A DNA stretch of 64,000 nucleotides from Ophelia neglecta (lineage: Eukaryota): NCBI GenBank assembly GCA_965285935.1, contig OZ260662.1, positions 63,364,001 through 63,428,000 on the forward strand, in the 5' to 3' direction. The translations under genes and the position numbers were made by a program. Positions 40,815 through 55,800 of the stretch are shown piece by piece (the first letter of the stretch is position 1; every line of letters begins with the position of its first letter). The notes beneath the pieces were generated by a model. That model did no database searches. It saw only the letters and a program-made list of their open reading frames with translations, and had not been told where the DNA came from.

Positions 40815-43800
40815 CTACAAACACAGAGCAGAATATAACCGAATCCTTATAATATGTTGAATAAAACACATTCATTAATGAAATAATATTCCTTTCTCAA
40901 TGGTATCAAACTACTGTGATTCCTTTCATCGAGTCAGGCAGGTTAGAGTCTTACCTGTGTACGGGCTTTAAGCAGGCCGTCTTGTGTGTTAGTGTTACCG
41001 CCTGGGTGGTTATTCTTCAAAGGTCTAATTGCCCCAAGAAGTGACGACTTTGACGAATATCTGTAATGATCAATACACACAACTTACTGAGAGCTTTACA
41101 GTCAACAGTTAAACGCCATTCACTTATATATTTAGTTGTGGAAACCGTCACATCTAATTAATGGGCTGCTTCAATGACGCTACTAGCATTTCTTGGCTGA
41201 ACAGAGAATAATGCATCACTATAGGAACAGTTTACTGCTAAATTTAAGTAAAAGGTTTGAAGCTCATACTGGTCCAACGCGATGGCTACTTCTCCTCTGT
41301 CATGAAATAGCACCAAAGCGACTTGGGTGTCTGTTGGCCCAATGGTCAGTGATTGGACGATGTCCTCGACAAACGTTATAGTTCTCTTCCAGTTGTTGCA
41401 AGTGCCATCCCGCTCATCGTAATCAGGGTCGTTGTCGCATATGCTCCCGGACCCATCAATAACGAATGCTATGTCCAACTTGGCCGTCTGACATGTCACT
41501 AAAGATACATTACAAGACGATGTAAACCGCATCTATCTGCGGGTATGAACAAAGTTATAGATCAACTATTCTCTATTTTAAACCGTAGATCATTATTCGA
41601 AAGAATTGAAAGTGTATGGTTAATCAACCATAATTAGTTAAATAAAGAGGGTAAGTATAACTACATTGGTATCAATGAAAAAGAGAGTATGATGTGATTC
41701 GGTTTGGACTCGGCTTCTTTTACCATTACACGCTAGGACCTTCGGAGGACCGCTGACTACTTCTAATTGCAGCAGAAAGTGATATCAATGTTGAATCATC
41801 TTTGTTATTAATTCCGTTACAAGCTTATTTACAAATTTAGAACTGGAGGTTGTTGTTTGAGGGCATGTAGCCCACGATTCCGGATGGATTCGGGGGGAAT
41901 TAATGGACAATTTCTTGTGATTTTGCACTGCCTGCCTGATATCCACCCTTTCCTCCTATTCACTACGGCCCCCCGTTTCAGCGTCACCGTAAATGACCGT
42001 CGATGCACAAACTGCATGGCATATTTAACAGTCGACTGCCTTAGGCAGCTTCTAAATACAGAATAGGACTTAGCGTTATCGTATTTTTTAATGCTAACTC
42101 TTTGTTTGCTAACAATGCTTTTTATGTGGAAGGAATTCTTGCGACCAAATTTCAACAGATGTCATGGCCCCTTACACTTATAAAAGTGAGAATTTTACGT
42201 GAAGTTTTTCCCTATTACTGAATACGGAAGAAATTCGAAATTTGGACCACGATTTATTCAATTGGAATTTCCGTTGCTCAATTCATTTCACATAGGAACC
42301 CTTGTATTAGATAGAAATGATATTGGTTAGAATTTCAGAACGAACATTCAGCTTTTTTGGCTCAATTCTGCAGACCTATATGAAAAGATGTAGTATTTCC
42401 ACCTCTAAATTATATATATGTAAGCTACTAAAATCTTAGAAAATATTATTAAACACGAGCGGATGAATGTCACTCATAGCTGGTCATGTAATAGGTATTC
42501 TTTATCATAATAATAGTATTTATCAATACAATAAACAGGCTTCAATCACGGTTCGAAATTCGATTTAACTGCACTTAATTATTGAAAATACAAGTTTTTT
42601 TTTAAACTTCTAACAGAAGCTACGTCGTGTAAGGAGAAAGCTATGTTAACTTATTTATATGATGGTTTACTTATTTTTCCACAGTTGCCCAGTACTGAGC
42701 TAATGGACATGCATTCCTATGCTTAGTTAACTCTCTTCGCAAAACCACTTCTTTTGTAACAGAAAATTACTATTTTATCTTTATCGTGTGTTACGTATGT
42801 CATAACACTACACATGTCAGCCGATCATGATTTCGGTCCCGATTCAGCCAAACTGAAAGTCCCTTCTAATAAAGCTACGTTCAAGGTATACGTACGCTGA
42901 ACTGGGGTAGTGGTAGTTGAAGTTGTACTGCTTGTCGAAGTGGCTAAGTTGAATAGTTTGGTTGAATTCACAATTTACTAACAAGTATGTTTTTTAAAAC
43001 AAATTCAGCAAAATATTGTTTTTATTGCGACAATACACGATATACAGATTGAGTACTGCTGATGACTAACTCAGCTTTAAACTGATGGATTAATCATCAG
43101 CCGAAAGCCCTTCATACTCAAGAATTTAAATCATTTTGTATATAGTTTTCTGAAAATATTTGGTACCCTTTCATATTGATGATTTCTTCACAGGTCCAGT
43201 CGAATTAAATGGACAGGAAAGTGACATGTTAACTTGCGTAAGGTGTCAAACTGGGGACATTTTGGGCGCCTACTGCTCATCTTAATGTTCGTAAAATTCG
43301 TTGTGGCTAGAGTTTTCCAAACTCGCTTCACAATATTTTACCACTTCTTTTGTAACTAAAAGTTACTATTATAACTTTATAATGTGTTACGTATGTCTTT
43401 ACACTACACATGTCAGCCGATCACGATTTCGGTCCCGATTCAGCCAGACTGAAAGTCCTTTCTAATAAAGCTACGTTCAAGGTATACTTACGCTGAACTG
43501 GGGTAGTGGTAGTTGAAGTTGCACTGCTTGTCGAAGTGGCTAAGTTGAATAGTTTGGTTGAATTCACAATTTACTAACTATTATGTTTTTTTAAACAATT
43601 TCAGAAAAATATTATGTTTTTATTGCGACAAAACACTATATACAGATTTGGTAATGCTAATGTCTTACTTAGCTCTAAACTGATAGATAAATCATCATCC
43701 GAAAGCCCTTCATACTCAAGAATTAAAACAATTTTGTATATAGTTTTCTGGAACTATTTGCTACTCTTTCATATTGATGATTTTCTTCACTGGTTCAGTC

Positions 43801-46800
43801 GAAATTAATGGGCAGGAAAGTGACATGTTAATTTGGTAAATGTGTCAAACAAAGGACATTTTGGGCGCCTAGTGCTTATTTAATTATTCATGAAATTTGT
43901 TGTGGCTGGTTTTCAACTCGGTTCGCAATATTTCACCACTTCTTCTGTCATAAAAAGTTACTTTCATATCTTTATAATGTGTTACGTATGTCCTAACACT
44001 ACACGTGTCAGCCGATTACGATTTCGGTCCCGATTCAGCCAGACTGAAAGTCCCTTCTAGTAAAGCTACGTTCAAGGTATACTTACGCGTAACTGAGGTA
44101 GTGGTAGTTGAAGTTGTACTGCTTGTCGAAGTGGCTAGGTTGAATAGTTTGGTTGAATTCACAATTTACTAACAACTATATTTTTTTAAACAAATTCAGC
44201 AAAATATTATATTTTTATAGCGACAATACATGATATACAGATTTGGTAATGCTGATGTCTAACTTAGCTTAAATCTGATGGATTAATCATCAGCCGAAAG
44301 CCCTCCATACTCAGGAATTAAACTCAATGTGCATATAGTTTTTGGAACTATTTGCTACTCTTTCATATTGATGATTTCTTCACAGGGCCAGTCAAACGTA
44401 ATGGACAGGAATGTGACATTTTAATTATCTTAATGTGTCAAACTGGGGACTATCTGGGTACCTAGTGCTAACTTTAAATGTTCATGAGATTCGTTGTGGC
44501 TTCAGTTTCCCAAACTCGATTCACAATAATTCATCGCGATACCTGTACACAACTTAACAGCCTTTTTACAAACCACCAAGGGTTGAGGGTTGATGGGTTC
44601 CCTACCTGATATCAACATAGATTTCATATATGAACATGTTGCCTGACTATAGCCATTGAATGTACCTGAATTTTACAAACCTTAACAATAAACCGTGCAC
44701 CTTAACTATTTTGGCTGCTTTTTTCAATACAGGAAACTAACCGAAATATAAATGCGGAGATCCATTGGGCGTTATATTACCGTTTAGCGTTCCAGTTTAA
44801 TATTTCACACTATTTATTTTTGCAATTAAAATTTATTTCATCGGCTGCGACAGAAATAATAGTCACCGCTATAGCAGAAAAAGCTTCCCAAGAATGTTTT
44901 ATCATCGCCATTCTTGATGTTTTTGTCTCTCGCTAGTTTGACATACCGGACTGTGTGGACGCCAGTTTGCTACAATAACGCAGACTCATTCAATTTACTA
45001 ACCTTGCGGGGGTGCAACTCCAGGTCCACAAGCACTGCGAATGAGAGTCTCCAGAACATTTTCCAACTCGGTAAAATCAGGTGAAGTGAAGTAATTCTGA
45101 TCCATTCGCTGTGGGGCTGAAGATATGTCTCGCAGCACATCCTCTCGAATAGCCTATTTGAAATTAAAAGCAATAGACCTCCAACACGCATAAGGCTGGA
45201 AATAGGTACTTGTATATACGGACGTCGCGAGGAGAAATAGGAAATTCTAACGCACGTCTACTCAAATATTATGCTATGCTGTTGGTATTTCTAACATGAC
45301 AACACATAATAGTATATTATACATTCCCTTTTAAACTTAATGTTTATCATTTTGATTATCAATTTTGTTTAAACGTTATCACAGAAAACGCCAGATTTAT
45401 AGATATGCCTGTGGACAAGGGGTTCGGTTACCCAGACTGTTTGCTGACCAGGACTTACCTGTGTGATGCCAACTGCAAACAATTGGATGCCGGCGGCCTT
45501 AGCAAGGTTGGCTTCGGGGATTGTGTTTTCGGCACGAATGGTGGGTATGCCATCGGTGATTATTATGCCTACATTTTGAGCGTCAACTCGGTCACTGATG
45601 GTAGCAAAGAACTGCGTTCTCATCATACTTATAGCTGCTTGGGTATTTGTATTGCCTCCAGGGTATCTGTTCTCTAAATCACGGATTTCTCTCAGCAGTG
45701 CGTCTTTGTCAGATATTCTGAAAACGATAATGAATCATGGTCTTAGCAACATCAAAGCAAGTTCTTATGAAAAAAAGTCCGTGGTGCGGCCTTTTGTCAC
45801 AAAGGAATTCTAATTCGACAAAAGTGGACTAAGAAAAGCTTACTGGCCAAGAGGAATTAGCCGCACCGCTTCATTCCCGAAGTAAAGCAAACCAATTTGG
45901 TTAAAATTTCGCCCAATGGTGAACTCCTGGACAATACGCTGTACAAAATCAACCACTAATATCCAATTGTTGCATATATTTCGGACCGAGTCAAATGTAG
46001 GGTCGTTGTCACAGATGCTGCCTGATCCATCTACCGCAAAGACGACGTCCAGCTTGGCTTCAGAGCATGTGGGTGGTCCTGGAGTTGGGCCACATGTGGA
46101 AGCCACCAGTGTTTCTAAAACTTGGTCTAACTCTCCAAAACTAGGCGAGGTGAAGTAGTTCTGTCCCTTTATCTGGGGCGAAGAGGACATATCTCTCAGA
46201 ATATTTTCGTCAATGAATGCGGTGATCCCGACTGGGAAGATGGCGATACCTTGTCTCTTGGCGCTGTTGGCCTCCGGTATAGTGTTTCCCGGCCTTATTG
46301 TAGGAACGCCGTCGGTGAGGATTATGGCCACATCAGGAATTTCAGCTCTGTCTCCGGCTATATTAAATATCTGGGATCTTAATACAGATAAAGCTGCTGG
46401 AGTGTTAGTATTTCCCCCTGGGTAGCGATTGACCAGGTTGTTAACCGCCTCTATCAGTTCATCCTTTTCAGAATACCTTTAATGTAAAATGATAGAAAAC
46501 TAATGATGATTCTCGGTTTATAATAATAGTAAAATATAACGAACTTAACAATAATCATGATGCAATTGGGGATACAAGTCAATCATACATGAAATGTTCA
46601 TGTTATAAATATTTTTACATATTGGTGACCATTAACTGCGGGAGGGAGTGCAAAACCTCGTGCAAGTCACCTTGTCAGACTCACAGTATACGATTCTACG
46701 AGAACCCATTTTCAGTATGAATTATTGTTCTGTTTTTGAAAATTACAGCAAAAGAGAACACCGTCGTTCCACTCAATTTCCAAAAGCAGCCTGCTGACCC

Positions 46801-49800
46801 ACCAATTTGTATTTTTCACACATAATCCAGAAACCGCGAATAATATGAATGCACAGGAAAAGATGTTAAATCCTAACCAGAAATGCACCAAACACGTCCA
46901 ACACCTATATAAATTCAACACACGCCACCTTAACCCTGGTCTTCCCGAGGAATCATTTCATATTCATTATGAAGTTCCCCTTTCTTTAGTCATTTTCTCT
47001 TTAGACCTGCATCACATTATAATTATTGCGGTACTTATAGTCTTTTCCTTTTCGCTAAGCCTTCAGCTTTATGTTGAATGATATATGAGATTTGACAGAA
47101 TGTAGTCCATGGCCATTACCCTTGAATGTTACTACAATTTCGTGACCCCTGTCTGACAATGTTGAATTTCCCCCCCTGGCAAGAAATTCCGCCTCCTTTC
47201 TTCCCGATATATTTACTTGTTATCATATATATGCAACCCCTACTTTAATTAAGATCTTCCAACAAAATCATATGAGCAAACCAAACTAATTTTGTAGCTG
47301 TTATGCACAGTATGGAGAAATCGTAATAAGGTTTTCATTTCGCTCTTACCTGTCAAGGGTCCACTCGATTGTCACTTGGTCAGCAAATATCAAGAGTCCC
47401 ACCCTTACCCCAGTATTTCGATCGATGGGGAATGCATTTACTACCTGACCAACAAAACTGATCATTGTTCTCCAGTTATTACAAATATTATTTCTGAATG
47501 AAGGGTCATTGTCACAGATACTGCCAGATCCGTCTACAGCAAACACAATGTCCAGGAGACTTGACACACAAGTTGGGGGTGGGGTCGGTCTTGGTGTTGG
47601 CCGTGGTGTCACGCAGGCTTGACCTATCAAGGCATTTAATACGTCATCCAGTTCATTGAATTCAGGTGATGTGAAATAGTTTCTGTCTTTCTGCTGAGGA
47701 GAAGATGACATCTCCCGCAAAATATTTTCATCAATAAATCTTGTAATTCCCACTGCAAAGATGGTAATACCTCTAGCCTTGGCGTCATTGGCTTGAGGTA
47801 TTGTATTTCCGGCATTTATTGTGGGCACGCCATCTGTGATAACTATGGCTATATTCAGAGCATCTGATCTGTCTCCACTTGTACTGAATATATCTGTTCG
47901 TAAAACGCTGAGCGCAGCCGGTGTGTTGGTGTTACCTCCAGGATATTGGTTATCCAAATCACGAACTGCGTTTAGCAAATCTCTTTTATCCAGATATCTA
48001 AAAATAAAATTTGTCAAGTCAAAAGAAAATCTAACGTTGGTTCATTTCTGAAGCCGGAGTTCTCCCATATTTAATTATCTTCTGAGGGATAAACACAAGG
48101 CAGGTCTCGTAAATGAATCTTTATAACACTGTTTTCTCCGAAGCGATGTCGCTTGGCATAGACATTAGCCAATGTGTCTACCTCCAATGATTGTAACTAA
48201 TGATTTTAATTGAGGTAGTACTCACTTAAAACCGGCTTTTGAAGATTATTAAAAAGTGATGAATAATGGTTTAACTTGAGATAGTATTTACTTAAAACCA
48301 GTGTTTGAAGAGACAAACAGTGCCCTTACTTTGAATATTGAGTTACTCTTAATAATGTGTCCCATAACTGTATCTTAGCACTAGATTTTCAGCACTGATG
48401 CAGAGGTTTTTGACATTTACATACAGGGAGCAATGCATTATTAGTTGAATCAAAGCCAGCGATTATACCCAATTAATCTGGAAATATTTAGGATTAGCGG
48501 CACCGGTTAAGGTTAGAGGAAGGCTATGTCTGCTATTATTGTATTTAATTATTTGAAACTAGTATTTTAAGAAAAAGGTAATGTGCATACATTTTCAAAA
48601 TATGCCACAACTTACTCTTACAAAACAAAATATTTCTCTTTAATTACTTATCAAGATCATAATTGTTTTTATGACGGTTAACCGTTGAAAACGTGTATCT
48701 CTTAAAAGGAACGCATACGAACCTGTCAAGAGTCCACTTGACCACAGCATTATCGGCAAACAGCAGCAGTCCGACCTGGGAAGCATCTCGTCCAATGCCG
48801 AGGAATTCCACCACATCCGATACAAAACTCACAATCAAATTCCAGTTGTCGCATCTATTATTCCTGAATGTAGGGTCATTGTCACATATGCTACCTGACC
48901 CATCTACTGCAAACACAATATCAAGTTTTGCGTTTGCACAAGTTGGCGGTGGTGTCACACAGGCTTGAACTATCAAGGCATTTAATACGTCATCCAGTTC
49001 ATTGAATTCAGGTGATGTGAAATAATTCCTGTCTTTCTGCTGAGGAGAAGACGACATCTCTCGCAGTATATTTTCATCAATAAATCTGGTTATTCCCACA
49101 GCAAAGATGGTAATACCCCTATTCTTGGCGTCATTAGCTTGTGGGATTGTATTTCCAGCATTTATTGTGGGCACGCCATCAGTGATAACTATGGCTATAT
49201 TCAGAGCATCTGATCTGTCTCCACTAGTACTGAATATATCTGTTTGTAAAACGCTGAGCGCAGCCGGTGTGTTGGTGTTACCTCCAGGATATTGGTTATC
49301 CAGATCCCGAACTGCGTTAAGCAAATCTCCTTTATCCAGATATCTAAAATTAAAATTTGTCAAATCAAAATTAAATCTTATATGGGTTCATTTCTGAAGC
49401 CGGAGCTCTCCCATATTTAATTAACTTCTGAGGGATAAACACAAGGCAGGTCTCGTTAATGACTCTTTATAATACTGTTTTCTCCGCAGCGACGTCGCTT
49501 GTTATAGCCATTAGCCAATGTGTCTACCTCCAATGATTGTAAATAAGGATTTAATTGAGGTAGTACTCACCTAAAACCGGCGTTTGAAGATTGTTGAAAA
49601 GTAACGAATAATGGTTTTACTTGAGGTAGTATTTACTTAAAACCAGCGTTTGAAGAGACAAACAGTGCCCTAACTTTGGATATTTAGTTCCTCTTAATAA
49701 TGAATGTGTCCCATAACTGAATTCTAACACTAGATTTTCAGCACTGATGCAGAGGCTTTTGACATTTACATACAGGGAGCAAGGCATTATTAGTTGAATC

Positions 49801-52800
49801 AAAGCCGGCGATTATACACAAATAATCTGGACAAATTTAGGATTAGCAGCACTGGTTAAGGTTCGAGGAAGGCTATGTCTGCTATTATTGTATTTAATTA
49901 TTTGAAACTAGTATCTTAAGAAAAAGGTAATGTGCATACATTTTCAAAACATGCCACAATTTACTCTTACAAAACAATTTATTTCTCTTTAATTACTTAT
50001 TATCAAGATCTTAATTGTTTTTATGACGGTTTACCGTTGAAAACGTGTATCTCTTAAAAAGAACGCATACGAACCTGTCAAGAGTCCACTTGACCACAGC
50101 ATTATCGGCAAACAGCAGCAGTCCGACCTGGGAAGCATCTCGTCCAATGCCGAGGAATTCCACCACATCCGATACAAAACTCACAATTAAATTCCAGTTG
50201 TTGCATATATTATTCCTGAATGTAGGGTCATTGTCACATATGCTACCTGACCCATCTACTGCAAACACAATATCAAGTTTTGCGTTTGCACAAGTCGGGG
50301 GTGGGGTCGGTCTTGGTGTTGGAGATGGTGTCACACAGGCTTGAACTATCAAGGCATTTAATACGTCATCCAGTTCATTGAATTCAGGTGATGTAAAATA
50401 GTTCCTGTCTTTCTGCTGAGGAGAAGACGACATCTCTCGCAAAATATTTTCATCGATAAATCTGGTGATTCCCACAGCAAAAATGGTAATACCTCTAGCC
50501 TTGGCGTCATTAGCTTGTGGGATTGTATTTCCAGCATTTATTGTGGGCACGCCATCTGTGATAACTATGGCTATATTCAGAGCATCTGATCTGTCTCCAC
50601 TTGTACTGAATATATCGGTTTGTAAAACGCTGAGCGCAGCCGGTGTGTTGGTGTTACCTCCAGGATATTGGTTATCCAGATCCCGAACTGCGTTTAGCAA
50701 ATCTCTTTTATCCAGGTATCTACAAAAATAATCAAATCCATATTAAATCTTATTGAAGGGCATTCTTGATGCCGCGGCTCCCCCATATATGATTAATTCT
50801 GGTGGAGAAACGGAACACAGTACTCACGACTGTCTCTGAACAACACTTTGTTCTGTAGCGTCGTGTCTTGTACTCTGGTAAGAGGGAATTAAGTCTACCG
50901 TCAATTACTGATGGTAATCCTTTTTAATTGAGGTGATAGTCAAATGACCGGCTTTATATAGAGTCAAACAGTGTCGTATGCTTTGAGTACAAAGTTCCTT
51001 TTACACATGTTCCTCACAAATGTAGTTCAAGAAAGGATTTCCTTCGCTGATGCAGAGATATTTATTTTAAGTTCAGTGACAAAGCTTTATATGTAGAACC
51101 AAAGCCAGCAATTATACATATCGTTTTTGGTCAATTTCAAGAATAATGTGACTGCTTTACAGTTATGGAAGGTCATACCTACTATTTATTTAAGTAATGC
51201 TTTAGGACAAGTTTAAAATACAGAAAATGTTTATAAAGGTGGCCAAGTAAGACACGTTTTAGGCCAGAAAAAAAGAATATGTATTTCCCCACCAATAAGT
51301 TGTCAAAATTTCAATGTTTTTTCATGACAGTTTGATCGTTGATCGTGTGTATCTTTTGAAATGAATGTATACGAACCTATCCAGAGTCCACTTGACTACA
51401 GCATTATCGGCAAACAGCAGCAGTCCGACCTGGGAAGCATCTCGTCCAATGCCGAGGAATTCCACCACATCCGATACAAAACTCACAATCAAATTCCAAT
51501 TGTTGCATATATTATTCCTGAATGTAGGATCATTATCACAAATGCTTCCTGACCCATCTACAGCAAATACAACATCAAGTTTTGCGTTTGCACATGTTTG
51601 CGGTGGTGTCGGTCTTGGTGTTGGAGATGGTGTCACACAGGCTTGAACTATCAAGGCATTTAATACGTCATCCAGTTCATTGAATTCAGGTGATGTAAAA
51701 TAGTTCCTGTCTTTCTGCTGAGGAGAAGACGACATCTCCCTGAGAATGTTTTCATCAATAAACCGGGTGATTCCCACGGCAAATATGGTAATACCTCTAG
51801 CCTTGGCGTCATTAGCTTGTGGAATTGTATTTCCAGCATTTATTGTGGGCACGCCATCTGTGATAACTATAGCTATATTCAGAGCATCTGATCTGTCTCC
51901 ACTTGTACTGAATATATCTGTTTGTAAAACGCTGAGCGCAGCCGGTGTGTTGGTGTTACCTCCAGGATATTGGTTATCCAGATCCCGAACTGCGTTAAGC
52001 AAATCTCCTTTATCCAGATATCTAAAATTAAAATTTGTCAAATCAAAATTAAATCTTATATGGGTTCATTTCTGAAGCCGGAGTTCTCCCACATTTAATT
52101 AACTTCTGAGGGATAAACACAAGGCAGGTCTCGTTAATGACTCTTCATAACATTGTTTTCTCCGCAGCGACGTCGCTTGTTATAGCCATTGGCCAATGTG
52201 TCTACCACCAATGATTGTAAACAAGGATTTTAATTGAGGTAGTACTCACCTAAAACCGGCGTTTGAAGATTGTTGAAAATAATGAATAATGGTTTTACTT
52301 GAGCTAGTATTTACTAAAAACCAGCGTTTGAATAGACAAACAGTGCCCTAACTTTGGATATTTAGTTACTCTTAATAATGTGTCCCATAATTGTATTCTA
52401 ACACTAGATTTTCATCACTGATGCAGAGGTTTTTGACATTTACATACAGGGAGCAAGGCATTATTAGTTGAATCAAAGCCAGCGATTATACACAAATATT
52501 CTGGACATATTTAGGATAAGCGGCACTGGTTAAGGGTCAAGGAAGGCTATGTCTGCTAGTATTGTATTTAATTATTTAAAACTAGTATTTTAAGAAAAAG
52601 GTAATGTGCATACATTTTCAAAATATGCCACAACTTACTCTTACAAAACAAAATGTTTTCTCCTAACTTATTTATCAAGATCATAATTGTTTTTATGACG
52701 GTTAACCGTTGAAAAAGTATATCTCTTTAAAGGAACGCATACGAACCTGTCAAGAGTCCACTTGACCACAGCATTATCGGCAAACAGCAGCAGCCCGACT

Positions 52801-55800
52801 TGGGAAGCATCTCGTCCAATGCCGAGGAATTCCACCACATCCGATACAAAACTCACAATCAAATTCCAATTGTTGCATATATTATTCCTGAATGTAGGGT
52901 CATTGTCACATATGCTACCTGACCCATCTACTGCAAACACAATATCAAGTTTTGCGTTTGCACAAGTTGGGGGTGGTGTCGGTCTTGGTGTTGGAGATGG
53001 TGTCACACAGGCTTGAACTATCAAGGCATTTAATACGTCATCCAGTTCATTGAATTCAGGTGATGTGAAATAGTTCCTGTCTTTCTGCTGAGGAGAAGAC
53101 GACATCTCCCGCAAAATATTTTCATCAATAAACCTGGTGATTCCCACAGCAAAAATGGTAATACCTCGTGCCTTGGCGTCATTAGCTTGTGGGATTGTAT
53201 TTCCAGGATTTATTGTGGGCACGCCATCTGTGATAACTATGGCTATATTCAGAGCATCTGATCTGTCTCCACTAGTACTGAATATATCTGTTTGTAAAAC
53301 GCTGAGCGCAGCCGGTGTGTTGGTGTTACCTCCAGGATATTGGTTATCCAGATCCCGAACTGCGTTAAGCAAATCTCCTTTATCCAGATATCTAAAATTA
53401 AAATTTGTCAAATCAAAATTAAATCTTATATGGGTTCATTTCTGAAGCCGGAGCTCTGCCACATTTAATTAACTTCTGAGGGATAAACACAAGGCAGGTC
53501 TCGTTAATGACTCTTTATAACACTCTTTTCTCCGAAGCGACGTCGCTTGTTATAGCCATTAGCCAATGTGTCTACCTCCAATGATTGTAAATAAGGATTT
53601 AATTGAGGTAGTACTCACCTTAAACCGGCGTATGAAGATTGTTGAAAAGTAATGAATAATGGTTTTACTTGAGCTAGTATTTACTTAAAACCAGCGTTTG
53701 AAGAGGCAAACAGTGCCCTAACTTTGGATATTTAGTTCCTCTTAATAATGAATGTGTCCCATAACTGTATTCTAACACTAGATTATCATCACTGATGCAG
53801 AGGTTTTTGACATTTACATACAGGGAGCAAGGCATTATTAGTTGAATCAAAACCAGCGATTATACACAAATAATCTGGACAGTTTTAGGATAAGCGGCAC
53901 TGGTTAAGGTTCGAGGAAGGCAATGTCTGCTAGTATTGTATTTAATTATTTGAAAATAGTATCTTAAGAAAAAGGTAATGTGCATACATTTTCAAAATAT
54001 GCCACAACTTACTCTTACAAAACAAAATATTTCTCTTTAATTACTTATAAAGATCATAATTGTTTTTATGACGGTTAACCGTTGAAAACGTGTATCTCTT
54101 AAAAGGAACGCATACGAACCTGTCAAGAGTCCACTTGACCACAGCATTATCGGCAAACAGCAGCAGCCCGACCTGGGAAGCATCTCGTCCAATGCCGAGG
54201 AATTCCACCACATCCGATACAAAACTCACAATCAAATTCCAGTTGTTGCATCTATTATTCCTGAATGTAGGATCATTATCACAAATGCTTCCTGACCCAT
54301 CTACAGCAAATACAACATCAAGTTTTGCGTTTGCACAAGTTTGCGGTGGTGTCGGTCTTGGCGTTGGAGATGGTGTCACGCAGGCTTGACCTATCAAGGC
54401 ATTTAATACGTCATCCAGTTCATTGAATTCAGGTGATGTGAAATAGTTTCTGTCTTTCTGCTGAGGAGAAGACGACATCTCCCTGAGAATGTTTTCATCA
54501 ATAAACCTGGTGATTCCCACCGCAAAAATGGTAATACCTCTAGCCTTGGCGTCATTAGCTTGTGGGATTGTATTTCCAGGATTTATTGTGGGCACGCCAT
54601 CTGTGATAACTATGGCTATATTCAGAGCATCTGATCTGTCTCCACTAGTACTGAATATATCTGTTTGTAAAACGCTGAGCGCAGCCGGTGTGTTGGTGTT
54701 ACCTCCAGGATATTGGTTATCCAGATCCCGAACTGCGTTTAGCAAATCTCTTTTATCCAGATATCTACAATAAATGGCTTATCATTAGAAATTTTACCGA
54801 TGACAATTGCTGATATTGCGGGTCTTCCATACAGAATGTACTTCTGGTAGATGACAGCGAGACAGTACACTTGAATTTCTCTAAATAATTCCTTGTTCTG
54901 AAGCGACTTGCCAGTTTCCCAGACAACAGCCAAATAAGATTAACATCAATGACGGATATTACTGCATTCTCATTGATGTAGTAGTCACCAAAGACCGGCA
55001 TTATCAAGAGAAAAACAACATCCTATCTTAAGATAATTATTGAGTTTCTTTCGAATATATGCCAGACAAAAGCATTCTACGATAAGATTATAAGTGGAAT
55101 CGAAGACAGTGATATACATAATATATTTGGACATCTTCAAGAATAGCATGACTGACCTAGACTTATGGAAAAGAATAACTGCTATAAATGTAGGTAATGC
55201 ATAGCAACAAGTATATAAAAAAGTATAATGTTCGGAAATTTTTAAAAATGCCTCATTATTACCCAAACAAATAAATAAATTTATTTTCCCAAAATAAACT
55301 ATCACAATTGTAACTGATTTTCGTGACAGTTTGATTGTTGAAAGGGTATATCTTTTGAAATGAATGTATACGAACCTATCCAGACTCCACTTGACTACAG
55401 CATTATCGGCAAACAACAGCAGCCCGACCTGGGAAGCATCTCGTCCAATGCTGAGGAATTCCACCACATCAGATACAAAACTCACAATCAAATTCCAATT
55501 GTTGCATATATTATTCCTGAATGTAGGGTCATTGTCACATATGCTACCTGACCCATCTACAGCAAATACAACATCAAGTTTTGCGTTTGCACATGTTGGC
55601 GGTGGGGTCGGTCTTGGCGTTGGAGATGGTGTCACGCAGGCTTGACCTATCAAGGCATTTAATACGTCATCCAGTTCATTGAATTCGGGTGATGTGAAAT
55701 AGTTCCTGTCTTTCTGCTGAGGAGAAGAAGACATCTCCCGCAAAATATTTTCATCAATAAACCTGGTGATTCCCACAGCAAAAATGGTAATACCTCGTGC

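Larger units (their letters stand above)
42735..44530. repeat. about 596-bp tandem triplication, each unit carrying one 48-nt micro-exon
   Basis: Landmarks recur at 42896/43492/44087 (period 596 and 595), e.g. gatttcggtcccgattcagcc and atcatc..ccgaaagccct. Confidence 0.95.

Noticed and set aside
41829-42155. 108-aa minus-strand ORF in a GC-richer patch of a VWA intron
   Set aside because: No motif; the nearest acceptor in the required phase 1 gives a stop after three codons
44947-44969. AG...GTATGT-bounded 23-nt segment as a micro-exon
   Set aside because: Would shift the frame and leave a 33-nt upstream intron
48674-54082. Palindromes ACGGTTAACCGT (48674, 52698, 54071) and AAGCGACGTCGCTT (53535) as Dscam-like docking/selector elements
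   Set aside because: Confined to alpha introns, broken in the other families, and no complementary partner sequence between introns was seen
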